A stretch of DNA of 64,000 bases from Minisyncoccota bacterium (GCA_040881175.1 JBBEDS010000014.1:23174-87173), one strand, 5' to 3'. Positions 39,646 through 49,608 are shown, counted from the stretch's first letter. Numbers and translations are program-made. The notes: a model not told the origin generated them from the letters alone.

Positions 39646-40937
39646 TGAACATTACATCTAAAAAACTAGCAGACTCAAAAGTGGAGCTGACTGTCGATCT
39701 TGATAAGAACGACCTAGCTTCATATGTCCGAGAGACAGAAGAGCAACTGGCTAAGGAAATAAAGATGGAGGGTTTTCGACAAGGAAAAGCTCCAAAAGAG
39801 ATTATTCGCAAGAAGATAGGCGAAGATAAGATAAAAGAAGAGGCTCTGCAAACTGCAGTTCAGTCCAGTTTGCGAGAAGCATTGGCCCAAGAGAAGCTGG
39901 ACGTAATAGACCAGGCAGATTTTAAGATTAAAGAGAATTCTGCAGACAAGTTGGTATACAACGTGACCTTCGTAGTCTTTCCTGAAGTAAATCTGAGCGA
40001 GTACAAGAATCTTGGCGTAAAAAAGAACGAGGTTTCCGTAGAAGACTCCGAAATTGATAAAGTACTCAATGATGTCCAGAAGTCCAGGACAACCTTTAAC
40101 GAGGTTAAAAGGCCGGCAGAAAAAGGAGACAGAGCGGAGGTTGATTTTACAATAAAAGACAAGGGAACGGTAATTGATGGTGGCAAGAGCCAGAACCACC
40201 CTGTTGTTTTGGGGGACGGCCTTTTCGTTCCAGGATTTGAGGAACAGATTATTGGTATGACCACGGGAGAAACTAAGAATTTTTCTTTAAAGATCCCACT
40301 GGACTATTACCAGAAAGCAATAGCCGGCAAAGATCTTGATTTTGAAGTAACGGTCAATAAGGTAGAGGACCGATCTCTGCCAGAGTTGAACGACGAGTTT
40401 GCCAAGACTTTGGGCAAATTCAGTTCTATGGATGAGGTCAAGGATAATATAAGGAAAGGCCTTACCATAGAAAAAGAAGGTAAGGAGAAGGACAGAATAA
40501 GGCTGGCTATACTTGATAAGATTGGTGAGAAAACCAAGATTGAGGCACCAGATGTTTTAATAGAAAAAAGAATCGATGACATGATCTCAGGCTTGGATAA
40601 CGAACTTCATCAAAAAGGAATGGAGCTAGGTCCGTATCTTGCGCATATTAAAAAGACTCAGGATGATCTGAGGAAAGAGTGGCGACCTCAGGCAGAAGCC
40701 CAGGTTAAAATGAGCCTAATCGCAAGAGCCGTTGCTAAAGAAGAAAAGCTGGTTGTGAGTGATGAAGATGTTAACAATGAGTTGCAAGCTGTTTTACAGC
40801 AGCATGTTCTGAAAAATCAAGGAGATAGCGCAGAGATACTTAAAGACATCAATCCCGATGAGCTCAAGAGGAGGATAAAAGATATGTTGACCAATGAAAA
40901 AGTATTCGACTTTCTAGAAAAGAATAACGTTATATAA
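39645..40937 (+). CDS. tig: trigger factor
   Basis: GFRQGKAP, FVPGFEEQIIG. Confidence 0.96.
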   Translation: MNITSKKLADSKVELTVDLDKNDLASYVRETEEQLAKEIKMEGFRQGKAPKEIIRKKIGEDKIKEEALQTAVQSSLREALAQEKLDVIDQADFKIKENSADKLVYNVTFVVFPEVNLSEYKNLGVKKNEVSVEDSEIDKVLNDVQKSRTTFNEVKRPAEKGDRAEVDFTIKDKGTVIDGGKSQNHPVVLGDGLFVPGFEEQIIGMTTGETKNFSLKIPLDYYQKAIAGKDLDFEVTVNKVEDRSLPELNDEFAKTLGKFSSMDEVKDNIRKGLTIEKEGKEKDRIRLAILDKIGEKTKIEAPDVLIEKRIDDMISGLDNELHQKGMELGPYLAHIKKTQDDLRKEWRPQAEAQVKMSLIARAVAKEEKLVVSDEDVNNELQAVLQQHVLKNQGDSAEILKDINPDELKRRIKDMLTNEKVFDFLEKNNVI

Positions 40938-40975
40938 AAAAACCAACCCTCGAAAAACGGGGGTTGGTTTTTTTA
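40936..40975. terminator. intrinsic terminator after tig (potentially bidirectional)
   Basis: AAAAAACCAACCCTCG-AAAAA-CGGGGTTGGTTTTTT. Confidence 0.85.
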
Positions 40976-41157
40976 TTTCAATTTTATGGTTACCGAATCG
41001 ACGGTTAGCTGCAGACGACAAGTGAATCACCTGGTATCAACAGTTTCTCCCTTGTAGCAATAATGAGACCGTTTTATTATAAAATAGGTCTATTAAGCGT
41101 CCTGCTAAAAGCGGGACGCAGTGCTGCTATAAGGCCACATTCGCTCCAGTAGCCTGT
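40976..41157 (-). ncRNA. candidate structured ncRNA
   Basis: Perfect TTGACA-17-TATAAT promoter on minus strand (41192-41164), nested hairpins, no ORF of note; strand uncertain. Confidence 0.45.
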
Positions 41158-41217
41158 AACATAATTATAAACTAAATATTGACATCTGTCAAGGATAGGT
41201 TTTTTGACTCAATCTGC

Positions 41218-41598
41218 ATGTTTACTTCAGCTAAATACTCTTATCTTGCTTTAAGACTAGGCCTGGCGGCCGTCTTTTTGTGGTTCGGTATCGACAAATT
41301 TTTTCACCCAGATTATTGGATTAATGCTTGGGTTACTCCCAGCGCAACTAGCTTGATTGAGCTGGCAGGTTTCTCGACCCAGCAGTTTATGTACCTTAAC
41401 GGTATATTCGAGATACTAGTTGGAGTCAGTTTAATAACTTCCATTTTCCCTAAATTCTTTTCACTGCTTGCCATTATATTCTTGGTAAGCGTCATCTTCT
41501 TCGTTGGCCTAAATGAGGTAGTAATAAGAGACATCGGCCTTATCGGTGGGTTTGTTGCGATCCTTCTTTGGCCAAACGAAAGGAGCAGGTTCTTCTAA
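41218..41598 (+). CDS. DoxX family membrane protein
   Basis: LRLGLAAVFLWFGIDK, GIFE, RDIGL. Confidence 0.85.
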   Translation: MFTSAKYSYLALRLGLAAVFLWFGIDKFFHPDYWINAWVTPSATSLIELAGFSTQQFMYLNGIFEILVGVSLITSIFPKFFSLLAIIFLVSVIFFVGLNEVVIRDIGLIGGFVAILLWPNERSRFF

Positions 41599-41602
41599 CG
41601 CG

Positions 41603-42601
41603 ATGCCCCTTTTAGGCAGAGACAATCTGGTAGGAGTAAGAGCGCCAGAGTTTAAGGATGGCATGGTTTGGCTCAACTCAAAGCCTTTGAAACTGGAAGA
41701 GCTTCTCAAGGAAGGCAAGGTCGTTATGATTGATTTCTGGACCTACTCCTGCATTAATTGCATACGCACTCTCCCGCATGTGGTAGGTTGGGCTAAAAAG
41801 TACAGGGATAAAGGATTGGTGATAGTCGGAGTACACACGCCTGAATTTGATTTTGAGAAAGAGAAATCAAATGTCGAGAAGGCAATAGCAGATTTTAGTA
41901 TAGAATACCCTGTTGTATTGGATAACGACTATGTCGTATGGAACTCGTATGCTAACCGCTATTGGCCCAGGAAATTAATAATTGGTAAAGACGGATCAAT
42001 AGTTTATGATCACGCTGGCGAAGGTAACTATGGAGAGACAGAGAAAAAAATACGTGAGCTGCTTAGTCTGGCAGACGATAACTCCATAGCTTCAGAAGAA
42101 GGAACAGGGGGAATATGTTACCCCACAACCCCAGAGATATATTTGGGTCACGAGAGAGGAACCTTGGGTAACGAAGAGGGTTTTAAGAAAGACCAGGCGT
42201 TTAAATATGAGATAAGCGACGACAACGACCGGGATAAATTCTACTTAAGAGGTGATTGGATTGCGGGCAGTCAATTTATAGAACACGCTGGGAAAGAAGG
42301 TAATCTTGATGATTTTGTCCAGTTGAACTTCTCAGCCCTCTCTGTTAATGTTGTCCTAGGTTCCAAAGATGGAGAGGTATATGAAGTGTTAGTCTCTCTC
42401 GACGGACAACCGCTGAGTAAAGAAATCGCTGGCGAGGATGTTAAGATAAAAGATGGAAAGAGCATACTAGAATTTAAGGCTGATAGGATGTATAACCTGA
42501 TAGATTCAAAAGAGTATTTAGATAATAGAAAATTAAAGTTATCAGTTAAATCAGATCAATTCCGCGCCTTTGCCTTTACCTTCGGTGCTTGTGCGCATTG
42601 A
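41603..42601 (+). CDS. redoxin/thioredoxin protein (DipZ C-terminal-like)
   Basis: DFWTYSCINC, GVHTPEF, TPEIYLG, FTFG. Confidence 0.9.
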   Translation: MPLLGRDNLVGVRAPEFKDGMVWLNSKPLKLEELLKEGKVVMIDFWTYSCINCIRTLPHVVGWAKKYRDKGLVIVGVHTPEFDFEKEKSNVEKAIADFSIEYPVVLDNDYVVWNSYANRYWPRKLIIGKDGSIVYDHAGEGNYGETEKKIRELLSLADDNSIASEEGTGGICYPTTPEIYLGHERGTLGNEEGFKKDQAFKYEISDDNDRDKFYLRGDWIAGSQFIEHAGKEGNLDDFVQLNFSALSVNVVLGSKDGEVYEVLVSLDGQPLSKEIAGEDVKIKDGKSILEFKADRMYNLIDSKEYLDNRKLKLSVKSDQFRAFAFTFGACAH

Positions 42602-42611
42602 TCTAAATCTA

Positions 42612-43346
42612 ATGGAGGAAGAAAAAGAAGTAGTAGAAACTCACGAGGAAGCAGAAAATAAACCGGCCTATTTGCAGTTTGTTTTGCCGGGATCTATTCT
42701 GATTGCTGCGTTGTTAATATCAGGCACTTTAATCTTTACTCGCAACCAAGGAGGCGAACTGGCCCAGATAGGTAGCGGCGGTAATGGACAGATAGGCGGG
42801 CCTGTCGAGATAAATGTAAATTCTGACGACCACGTATTGGGAGATAAGGATGCCGAGGTGACAATAGTTGAATTCAGTGATTTCCAGTGTCCATTCTGCA
42901 GGGCTCTATGGAGCGGTGCGATAGAAGACATTAAGAGGGATTACATAGCCACAGGAAAGGCCAGGCTAGTGTATAAACACTATCCATTGGAAGATATTCA
43001 CCCTGGAGCTAGGCCGGCAGCTGAAGCTTCAGAATGTGCTGCTGAGCAAGGTAAGTTTTGGGAATACCATGACAAGATATTTGAGGAGCAGGAAAAGCTT
43101 GGACAGGGAACAGTTCCTTTTACTAGCCCAGATCTAAAGAAGTGGGCAGCCCAGATTGGTCTTGATTCGGGAGCATTTAATGGTTGTCTAGATTCAGCCA
43201 AATATGCAGACAAAGTAACGGATCATTTGAACCAGGGCATCTCCGCCGGAGTAAGCGGCACACCAGCAACCTATATTAACGGCAGACTAGTTCCCGGAGC
43301 TCAGTCCTATCAAACATTCAAAGCCGTGATCGACAGTTTCCTATAG
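42612..43346 (+). CDS. DsbA family thiol-disulfide oxidoreductase
   Basis: EFSDFQCPFC, GVSGTP, N-terminal TM. Confidence 0.93.
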   Translation: MEEEKEVVETHEEAENKPAYLQFVLPGSILIAALLISGTLIFTRNQGGELAQIGSGGNGQIGGPVEINVNSDDHVLGDKDAEVTIVEFSDFQCPFCRALWSGAIEDIKRDYIATGKARLVYKHYPLEDIHPGARPAAEASECAAEQGKFWEYHDKIFEEQEKLGQGTVPFTSPDLKKWAAQIGLDSGAFNGCLDSAKYADKVTDHLNQGISAGVSGTPATYINGRLVPGAQSYQTFKAVIDSFL

Positions 43347-43405
43347 CTTTGACAAATAGCACTATTATTTTATAATTAAAAACGGCCACAAGCCGTTTTT
43401 AATTT

Positions 43406-44569
43406 ATGAGGAAAATATACCTAGATCATGCCGGAGCGACTTATCTAGACCTGCAAGTTAAGCGGGTAATTTTGTCGCAGCTTGGTAACTTTGGCAATGC
43501 CTCATCGGTTCATGGTGCTGGCCGTTTAGCAAAGAAAAGCATAGACGCCTCACGAAAAGAAATAGCCTCGATATTAAACTCAAAACCTGAGGAGATAGTT
43601 TTCACAGGTTCAGGAACAGAGTCAGATAATTTGGCCATCTTTGGTGTGGCTAGGGCTAATAAGAAGCTAGGCAAACATATAATAGCTACAAAGATTGAGC
43701 ACCATGCTGTGCTTAGGGCTTGTCAGTATCTAGAGAAGAACGAGGGGTTTAAGGTCTCCTATTTAGATGTTGGTGACAATGGCATCGTTGATCCGGTGGC
43801 TGTTGCCAAAGCGTTAAGACCGGATACGACCCTCGTATCAATAATGTATGCTAATAATGAGATTGGGACCATACAGCCGATTAGCAGAATCTCTAAGACA
43901 ATCCGTGAATTTAGACGCGGGCGTCTAAATCAAAACTTCCCATTCTTACATACAGATGCCTGCCAAGCAGCCGGAGCTTTAAATCTAAATGTCCAAGAGT
44001 TAGGCGTCGACCTATTGACCTTGAACGGTTCGAAGATATACGGACCAAAAGGGGCCGGGCTTCTATATGCCAGAAAAGGGGTGGCCATCAGTCCTGTTAT
44101 AGTCGGCGGCAGCCAAGAGGGTGGATTGCGAGCAGGAACTGAGAACCCGGCCTTGATTGCTGGACTAGCTAAGGCATTGGAGGTGGCTGACCGTATAAAG
44201 GGTAAAGAGGGCAAGAGATTGGCAAAACTGCGTGATTATACTATTGAATCTATTTTGAGCCACATCCCGGGCACACACCTAAATGGTGACTCAAACTTCC
44301 GCTTACCTAATAATGTTAATATTTCTTTTGCCAGTATTGATGGCGAAATGCTGATGCTAGCTTTGGACCAGGAAGGCATTCAGGTATCAACTGGATCAGC
44401 ATGCACCACTGGAACTACAGAAGCCTCGCACGTCATTAAGGCATTGGGCCTTGGAGAAGATATGGATAAGGGCAATCTCCGTATCACTCTTGGCCGCAAG
44501 ACAACAAAAAAAGACATAGAAGATATCTTAAAGACCCTTCCCAAAATTATAGGTAGGTTACGAAGATAA
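43406..44569 (+). CDS. iscS: cysteine desulfurase (IscS/NifS family)
   Basis: NNEIGTIQP, HTDACQA, KIYGPKG, STGSAC. Confidence 0.93.
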   Translation: MRKIYLDHAGATYLDLQVKRVILSQLGNFGNASSVHGAGRLAKKSIDASRKEIASILNSKPEEIVFTGSGTESDNLAIFGVARANKKLGKHIIATKIEHHAVLRACQYLEKNEGFKVSYLDVGDNGIVDPVAVAKALRPDTTLVSIMYANNEIGTIQPISRISKTIREFRRGRLNQNFPFLHTDACQAAGALNLNVQELGVDLLTLNGSKIYGPKGAGLLYARKGVAISPVIVGGSQEGGLRAGTENPALIAGLAKALEVADRIKGKEGKRLAKLRDYTIESILSHIPGTHLNGDSNFRLPNNVNISFASIDGEMLMLALDQEGIQVSTGSACTTGTTEASHVIKALGLGEDMDKGNLRITLGRKTTKKDIEDILKTLPKIIGRLRR

Positions 44570-44743
44570 AGCTGGCCACGTATATTCACAGCTTTGGCAG
44601 CTAAGTTTTACTAAGTCGCTATCTGCTAGGCTAGTCTCTTGTTTCTTGACGGCTAGTTCTATAGGATTTTCTATTTCTAAAATATTGCCCGATCGGCATC
44701 TCGGACATCTGTAGCGTCTCGGATATTGTATACCGAGTCTCAT
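44558..44743 (-). CDS. small zinc-ribbon protein
   Basis: CPRC...CQSC; TAGAAT 5 nt before ATG. Confidence 0.6.
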   Translation of the reverse strand: MRLGIQYPRRYRCPRCRSGNILEIENPIELAVKKQETSLADSDLVKLSCQSCEYTWPALSS

Positions 44744-44853
44744 CTTTTATTCTAGCAGCTAAGAGGCTATCCTGCCTGTGGAAAATTAAAGACCTGTTGT
44801 ATTAGCAGTTGAAATAACGTCCATATTTTGCTAAATTTTAAACAACAATTAGC

Positions 44854-44926
44854 CCACCCATAGCTCAATTGGCAGAGCAGCTCCCTCTTAAGGAGAAGGT
44901 TCTAGGTTCAACTCCTAGTGGGTGGA
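44854..44926 (+). tRNA. tRNA-Lys(CTT)
   Basis: CCACCCA/TGGGTGG acceptor, CTCC-CTCTTAA-GGAG anticodon arm, GTTCAACTC. Confidence 0.9.
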
Positions 44927-44993
44927 CAAGTATTTGCAGAAAAGCATCGGAATAGTACGCTGATCTTAGCTCTTCACACAATGAGGTGACACG

Positions 44994-45243
44994 ATGAAAG
45001 GCGACCATAAAGTTTGGAAAGATATAGGCAAACTTCCAGGCGGCGATCGAGATCCTTTTACGACGGCACCCGGTCCTACGAAAAATTGTTTGTCTTCCGA
45101 TCAAGTAGTTCCATTTGTTGGTAATAACGAAACCGACCAAAGTGTTGCTGTCCCATCTTAACCAATGCAGGTCCTGCCGTGAAAGAGGCAGGAACTTTAA
45201 AGCAGTGCGACGATCTCGCCTGTTTTTTAATCTGATAAGTTGA
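44994..45243 (+). pseudogene. zinc-finger anti-sigma-like (ZAS/zf-HC2) small protein with +1 frameshift near 45125
   Basis: SD GAGGTGA before ATG; frame 0 gives ...KNCLSSDQVVPFVGN, +1 frame gives TKPTKVLLSHLNQCRSCRER...* (HxxxCxxC). Confidence 0.55.
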
Positions 45244-45280
45244 CAGCAAGACTGCTATAAACCGGTGTGTAGATATGAAT

Positions 45281-45313
45281 AGTAAAAGACCCGCAGTTTG
45301 CGGGTCTTTTACT
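45281..45313. terminator. bidirectional intrinsic terminator
   Basis: AGTAAAAGACCCGCA-GTT-TGCGGGTCTTTTACT. Confidence 0.85.
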
Positions 45314-45929
45314 ATTCTACGAGTTCTGCTTGAACTGCAATCCTTTTGTAGTTTGTACCAACTGGCCAGCAACTAAGCAAGACGACAGTATCTTTATCAC
45401 TCTTTTCTATCTCCTGTAGTCTCTCGTCGTTGGCGAAGGGGGAGAAGACAATAGCTTGCTTCATTGAATATACGAACCTACTGCCATCCGCGTATTCTAC
45501 GTAGAAGATATCTCCCGGTTGTAGTTTGCCCAGAAGGGCGAATACAGAACCGTAAGCTCCTTTATACCACGGATAAGCGGAGCTATGACCAAGAACTACA
45601 GATACACCGCCCTCTCCTGGTTTTGATGTATTAGAATAATGAACGGCGCCGTTCTCCAGGTTGTCGTATATTGCCTTTGTGTCGTCACCGACATTAAAAA
45701 CAATAGGAGCCCTAACGCCTAGGCTCTCTATTACGATGACAGCGTCATCCGGTAGATCTTTTTTCTCCGATTTAACCTCAGTTGTTATAAACCTGTTAAG
45801 AGAATACTGGTCCGTGCCAGTTAGTAGCCAGAACTTAACATTTGCCTCCACAAAACGGCTGTTCAAAACAGTAAATATCAAAGCAAAAGCTCCTAAAAAA
45901 ATTATTAGAAAACGGAATTTTAAATTCAT
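45312..45929 (-). CDS. sortase
   Basis: N-terminal TM, LGHSS, LLSCWPVGT..KR (His/Cys/Arg triad). Confidence 0.9.
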   Translation of the reverse strand: MNLKFRFLIIFLGAFALIFTVLNSRFVEANVKFWLLTGTDQYSLNRFITTEVKSEKKDLPDDAVIVIESLGVRAPIVFNVGDDTKAIYDNLENGAVHYSNTSKPGEGGVSVVLGHSSAYPWYKGAYGSVFALLGKLQPGDIFYVEYADGSRFVYSMKQAIVFSPFANDERLQEIEKSDKDTVVLLSCWPVGTNYKRIAVQAELVE

Positions 45930-45932
45930 ACG

Positions 45933-46829
45933 CTAGATAATTAATGCGGTTCTAGAGGCCTGAATCACAGGTATTAATACGGCCAGTAACAATATGGCGA
46001 AACTACCAGCGGTCCTAATGACCAACTCTTTTCTGGCACCTGCAAAGAGCATGTATGCCAAGGAGGCTAGGAAGATCGCCAGGGCATAGAATATGAGGGT
46101 CTTATTAAGAATCCCTGATACTCTTTGGACCTGAGGCGTTGAGCCGCTGACATCGACAGCGATGGGCGACTCTAAGGCTGGCGGCTGGTTTTCTGTGCTT
46201 GAGCCAACTACGGCGGCAGGACCTGTCATTTGCTGTGGTGTCGGAGAAGTTTGAGGCGTCTGTTGTATCGGTGTCGGAGTTGGTTCTCTTGGAGGCTGTG
46301 CTACAGCAACAACGTTAGGTCTTGGGGTGCCGAATAACTGCACTACGAGGAAGCCGTTGCTATTATCTATCTTTGCCGGAGCCACAGCTATGCCTACCTC
46401 CGTATATTTAGAGTTTAGTAGGTTCTCTCTATGAGATGGTGAATTTGCCCAAGCATCTACGGTTGATTCGGCACTTACGAATCCTATGGCCAAATTCTCA
46501 CCGGCATAGGTGTACTCATATTGGCTCTCATCAAACCAGTACCATGGAGAAACTCCCGAGGGGCTAGTATGGGCAAAGTACTGACCATTAACCATATCCT
46601 GCAGTTTCTTACTTGCGGCCTGATCCAGTACAGGATTTGCCCTTAATTCCTTAAGACCGAAAGATGAGCGAAAGATATTAGTTTGTGATACAACCTGGTC
46701 TTTAGTAAAACCAGCTACCCCGTCTATTATGTTTGCGAGTTGAAGGCCAGAGTATGAGAATACGGCCTTTACGAATACAAGAGCGATTAAGTTCCAGAAT
46801 ATGAACTTGTTAGTGTAGAGAAGCTTCAT
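45933..46829 (-). CDS. CAP (SCP) domain membrane protein
   Basis: YFAHTSP, AGENLA, SPSHRENLL, VQLFG; Pro/Thr linker and C-terminal TMs. Confidence 0.9.
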   Translation of the reverse strand: MKLLYTNKFIFWNLIALVFVKAVFSYSGLQLANIIDGVAGFTKDQVVSQTNIFRSSFGLKELRANPVLDQAASKKLQDMVNGQYFAHTSPSGVSPWYWFDESQYEYTYAGENLAIGFVSAESTVDAWANSPSHRENLLNSKYTEVGIAVAPAKIDNSNGFLVVQLFGTPRPNVVAVAQPPREPTPTPIQQTPQTSPTPQQMTGPAAVVGSSTENQPPALESPIAVDVSGSTPQVQRVSGILNKTLIFYALAIFLASLAYMLFAGARKELVIRTAGSFAILLLAVLIPVIQASRTALII

Positions 46830-46844
46830 TTTAAGGACAGCGTT

Positions 46845-49505
46845 TTAGCGCTGGGCAAAGTTGAATTTATCTTTATTTGAACGAAACTTTTTAACTACTG
46901 CCCATGCCTCACGTTGTCTGAATATTCCAGTTTTAGTATACCCCATATATACGAAGGTAACTAACGCACTAAGGAACAGTGAGAGCATTAAGCTGCCAGT
47001 TGTACCCGTAGATACACCAGCCACTCTGGCTATAGATGCGCCGGCTACTTGCGGGTTATTTGTCGTGGTAGATGTGCCAACATTGTTGGACACCGTTATG
47101 GGCATACTGGAGGTCGTCAGGGAGGAGTTGCTGGATCTTGCCTGAGCCACATTGGTAAATGTGGTCGTTCCAACAGGAAGCGCCGAGGATTGATTAACGG
47201 TTGCGTTAAGTTTTATGACAACCTCTTGGAATTGGAACAGGGAGCCTACGTTAAGACCGCCGCTATTAGTTATTCCGTCGGACCTTATGCTGCCGTTAAC
47301 ACTAGTTGTTCTGCTTATGTAGCTGAAACCTCCGGGCAAAAAGTCGTTAACTATTACATTATCAGCCCTTGTCGAGGAATTTGATCTAACCCTGATTACA
47401 AATTCAAGGGTGTCTCCGGGAGAGGCGGTTAAACTTGACTGCTCAACGTTGTCGCCTCGAGTAATATTTTTACCAAGTTTTTGAATAGATATCTGCGACA
47501 AAGGGTCATTGTTTGTGATTACGGTTGTTATGCTGTCTCGGGGTACATATACTATGGCCTGATCGGATACACTGGAGGTGTTAGATGAAGTGGCTCTAAA
47601 ATCTACGAAAGAGTTTGATCCGATAAAGTTTAAGAATAGCTGGTTGGGTACGGTAATTCTATACTTGATAGTCACGGAATTGCCAGGATTAATATTGCCC
47701 AAGTATATTCCTCCAGAAGATAAGATACTTCCAGAGTAAGACGATCCGTTTACAGTGGTGGAGTCATTAAAGTTTAGTCCGCTAGGCAAGAAGCTGGAAA
47801 CTCGTACGTCGGTCAAAGTAGAGTTGCCGCTTGTACCTAAGTAAGCAACCAGCTCCACGGTATCCCCAGGGAAAGCCTGTACTGTCTTGCTCTCGGAACC
47901 GCCACGACTCAAATTTCTGCCGTAGGCGTTTATATTCATAGACCTGAAGTCTCCAGTTGGAGTGGGTGTGGGATTTGGTGTCGGATTTGGTGTTGGATTC
48001 GGGGTAGGATTTGGAGTAGGTGTTGGTGACGGGTATATGCCAACTACAGTTGTATATGCTGAGACAACAAAGTTAACACAATTTCCATTGATGCACTTCG
48101 TGCCGGTCGCATTATTGGCCAGTATGGCTATTGGGGAAACGTCGTTGTTTATCCTGACCACGTATCTAAAGGTTTGAGGAGAGTTGGAATTTACAAATCT
48201 ATTTGACCAGGTGATTGTGTTTCCATTCACACTCCCGGAATTATTAAGGAAGTGGCTAAATGTCACGCCGTTCGGCAGTTGGTCTATGAGGTGGTTCAAC
48301 TCGAATGCATCCTGGTATCCTGGGACGGCAATCGTGTAGGTTATCTGATCTCCAACCAAAGCGACTGCTTTGTCGGCAGTTTTTGAGATACCACTAACAC
48401 TTACAACTGGTGTTGAGGTAGGGTTTGGAGTAGGGAATGGGGTCGGATTCGGTGTAGGGTAGGGTGTTGGGTTCGGGGTGGGTGATGAGCAATTTACGAC
48501 ATTGAAGTTTACCGTCTTGCTTATGTGGCCTATAGTAGCTGTTTTGGTCCAAGCACCAACGTCCGCTGATTTCCAAATGTATCCTTTGTCGCTCCAATAT
48601 CCGTTATTTACGAATTGGTTATAGCCAGACAACTTTTCTCCGGTAGAGCTTCCATTCCTAGTAGAAGACCAGAAGATCATCTTGCCGTTCAAGTCTGAGG
48701 ATGCATTGGAAACTGTATATGTAGATTGCGAACCAACGCAGACCGTCTGCGGATTAATCGAGAGATTAAATGAAGAGACCGTTGGTGTTGGTGTAGGAGT
48801 CGGGGTTGCTGCCGGCGGGCAGTATAGGTTAGAAGGCACGACTACCCAGACGTCATAGAGGTTTTTACTACCTCCATTTGAAATATCCCAAAGAGTAAAT
48901 CTGTAGTTCTTGCCACGATGCAACCAGGGCGTTTCGCCATCGCCGTTATTATGCAAAGCAAAAGTTTTTTCTATAAAAGTATCGGGGTCTCTGACAGTTA
49001 CCTTCGTCTTGTCTACATTTTGGGTGGTCCACTTGATAGTGGTATTGAACAAACATTGGCCAGGCAAGCGAGAGATGGAGCCGTCTTGCCAAATTTTACC
49101 GCTGGCGGAGGGAGAGGGGCAGACAATACTTTCAAGCTCAATCCAGGTATCGGAGAGCTTATCTTGCTTCCCATTCGAAACATCCCAGAGAGTAAAACGG
49201 TAGTTCTTACCAGGATGCAGCCATGGTGTTTCGCCTGTGCCATTGTTGTGCATGGCAAAAACCTTTTCTTGATTAGTGTCTGGATCTCTGACTGTGACCT
49301 TGGCTTGGTCTACATTCTGTGTGGACCAGCCTACTCTGCTGGTGTACAGACATTGATTCCCGATCTTCTCTACCAAGCTATCTTTCCATATTTGACCTGA
49401 GGGGGGTTGCGAGTTAGCAAAAACTGAACCGCCGAAAATGATTCCGGTGGTTATGACCGAGGTTACTAAGAATACTGCCAAAAAGATTCTTTTGTTCTTA
49501 TTCAT
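46845..49505 (-). CDS. large surface protein with duplicated N-terminal domain, PT/PN linkers and DUF11-like Ig domains
   Basis: Signal peptide, KTADKAVALVGDQITYTI and PGDTLEFVI motifs, C-terminal VSTG plus TM plus basic tail. Confidence 0.85.
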   Translation of the reverse strand: MNKNKRIFLAVFLVTSVITTGIIFGGSVFANSQPPSGQIWKDSLVEKIGNQCLYTSRVGWSTQNVDQAKVTVRDPDTNQEKVFAMHNNGTGETPWLHPGKNYRFTLWDVSNGKQDKLSDTWIELESIVCPSPSASGKIWQDGSISRLPGQCLFNTTIKWTTQNVDKTKVTVRDPDTFIEKTFALHNNGDGETPWLHRGKNYRFTLWDISNGGSKNLYDVWVVVPSNLYCPPAATPTPTPTPTVSSFNLSINPQTVCVGSQSTYTVSNASSDLNGKMIFWSSTRNGSSTGEKLSGYNQFVNNGYWSDKGYIWKSADVGAWTKTATIGHISKTVNFNVVNCSSPTPNPTPYPTPNPTPFPTPNPTSTPVVSVSGISKTADKAVALVGDQITYTIAVPGYQDAFELNHLIDQLPNGVTFSHFLNNSGSVNGNTITWSNRFVNSNSPQTFRYVVRINNDVSPIAILANNATGTKCINGNCVNFVVSAYTTVVGIYPSPTPTPNPTPNPTPNPTPNPTPTPTGDFRSMNINAYGRNLSRGGSESKTVQAFPGDTVELVAYLGTSGNSTLTDVRVSSFLPSGLNFNDSTTVNGSSYSGSILSSGGIYLGNINPGNSVTIKYRITVPNQLFLNFIGSNSFVDFRATSSNTSSVSDQAIVYVPRDSITTVITNNDPLSQISIQKLGKNITRGDNVEQSSLTASPGDTLEFVIRVRSNSSTRADNVIVNDFLPGGFSYISRTTSVNGSIRSDGITNSGGLNVGSLFQFQEVVIKLNATVNQSSALPVGTTTFTNVAQARSSNSSLTTSSMPITVSNNVGTSTTTNNPQVAGASIARVAGVSTGTTGSLMLSLFLSALVTFVYMGYTKTGIFRQREAWAVVKKFRSNKDKFNFAQR
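47959..48030 (-). repeat. (PTPN)n coding linker repeat
   Basis: Degenerate 12-nt repeat encoding PSPTPTPNPTPNPTPNPTPNPTPTPT; similar tract at ~48408-48485. Confidence 0.85.
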
Positions 49506-49608
49506 AAGTGTTTATTGGTGAAAATAAAATAGCTTTATAAGCCATTTCGGATGGTATTATAATACCAGCATTTCTATATAAAGTCAAGAATTACGCAATT
49601 TTACCTAG

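Noticed and set aside
44854-44926. Ochre suppressor tRNA (TTA)
   Set aside because: Correct loop register is CT-CTT-AA, giving Lys(CTT).
44927-45280. Large pseudoknotted ncRNA (GOLLD/ROOL, tmRNA or RNase P-like) after tRNA-Lys
   Set aside because: Several short complementarities exist, but there are no tmRNA or RNase P signature motifs; an SD-led frameshifted ZAS-like ORF explains the region better. Not fully excluded.
47959-48485. CRISPR-like or tandem DNA repeat
   Set aside because: Degenerate codon repeats of Pro-Thr/Asn linkers; no spacers or cas genes.
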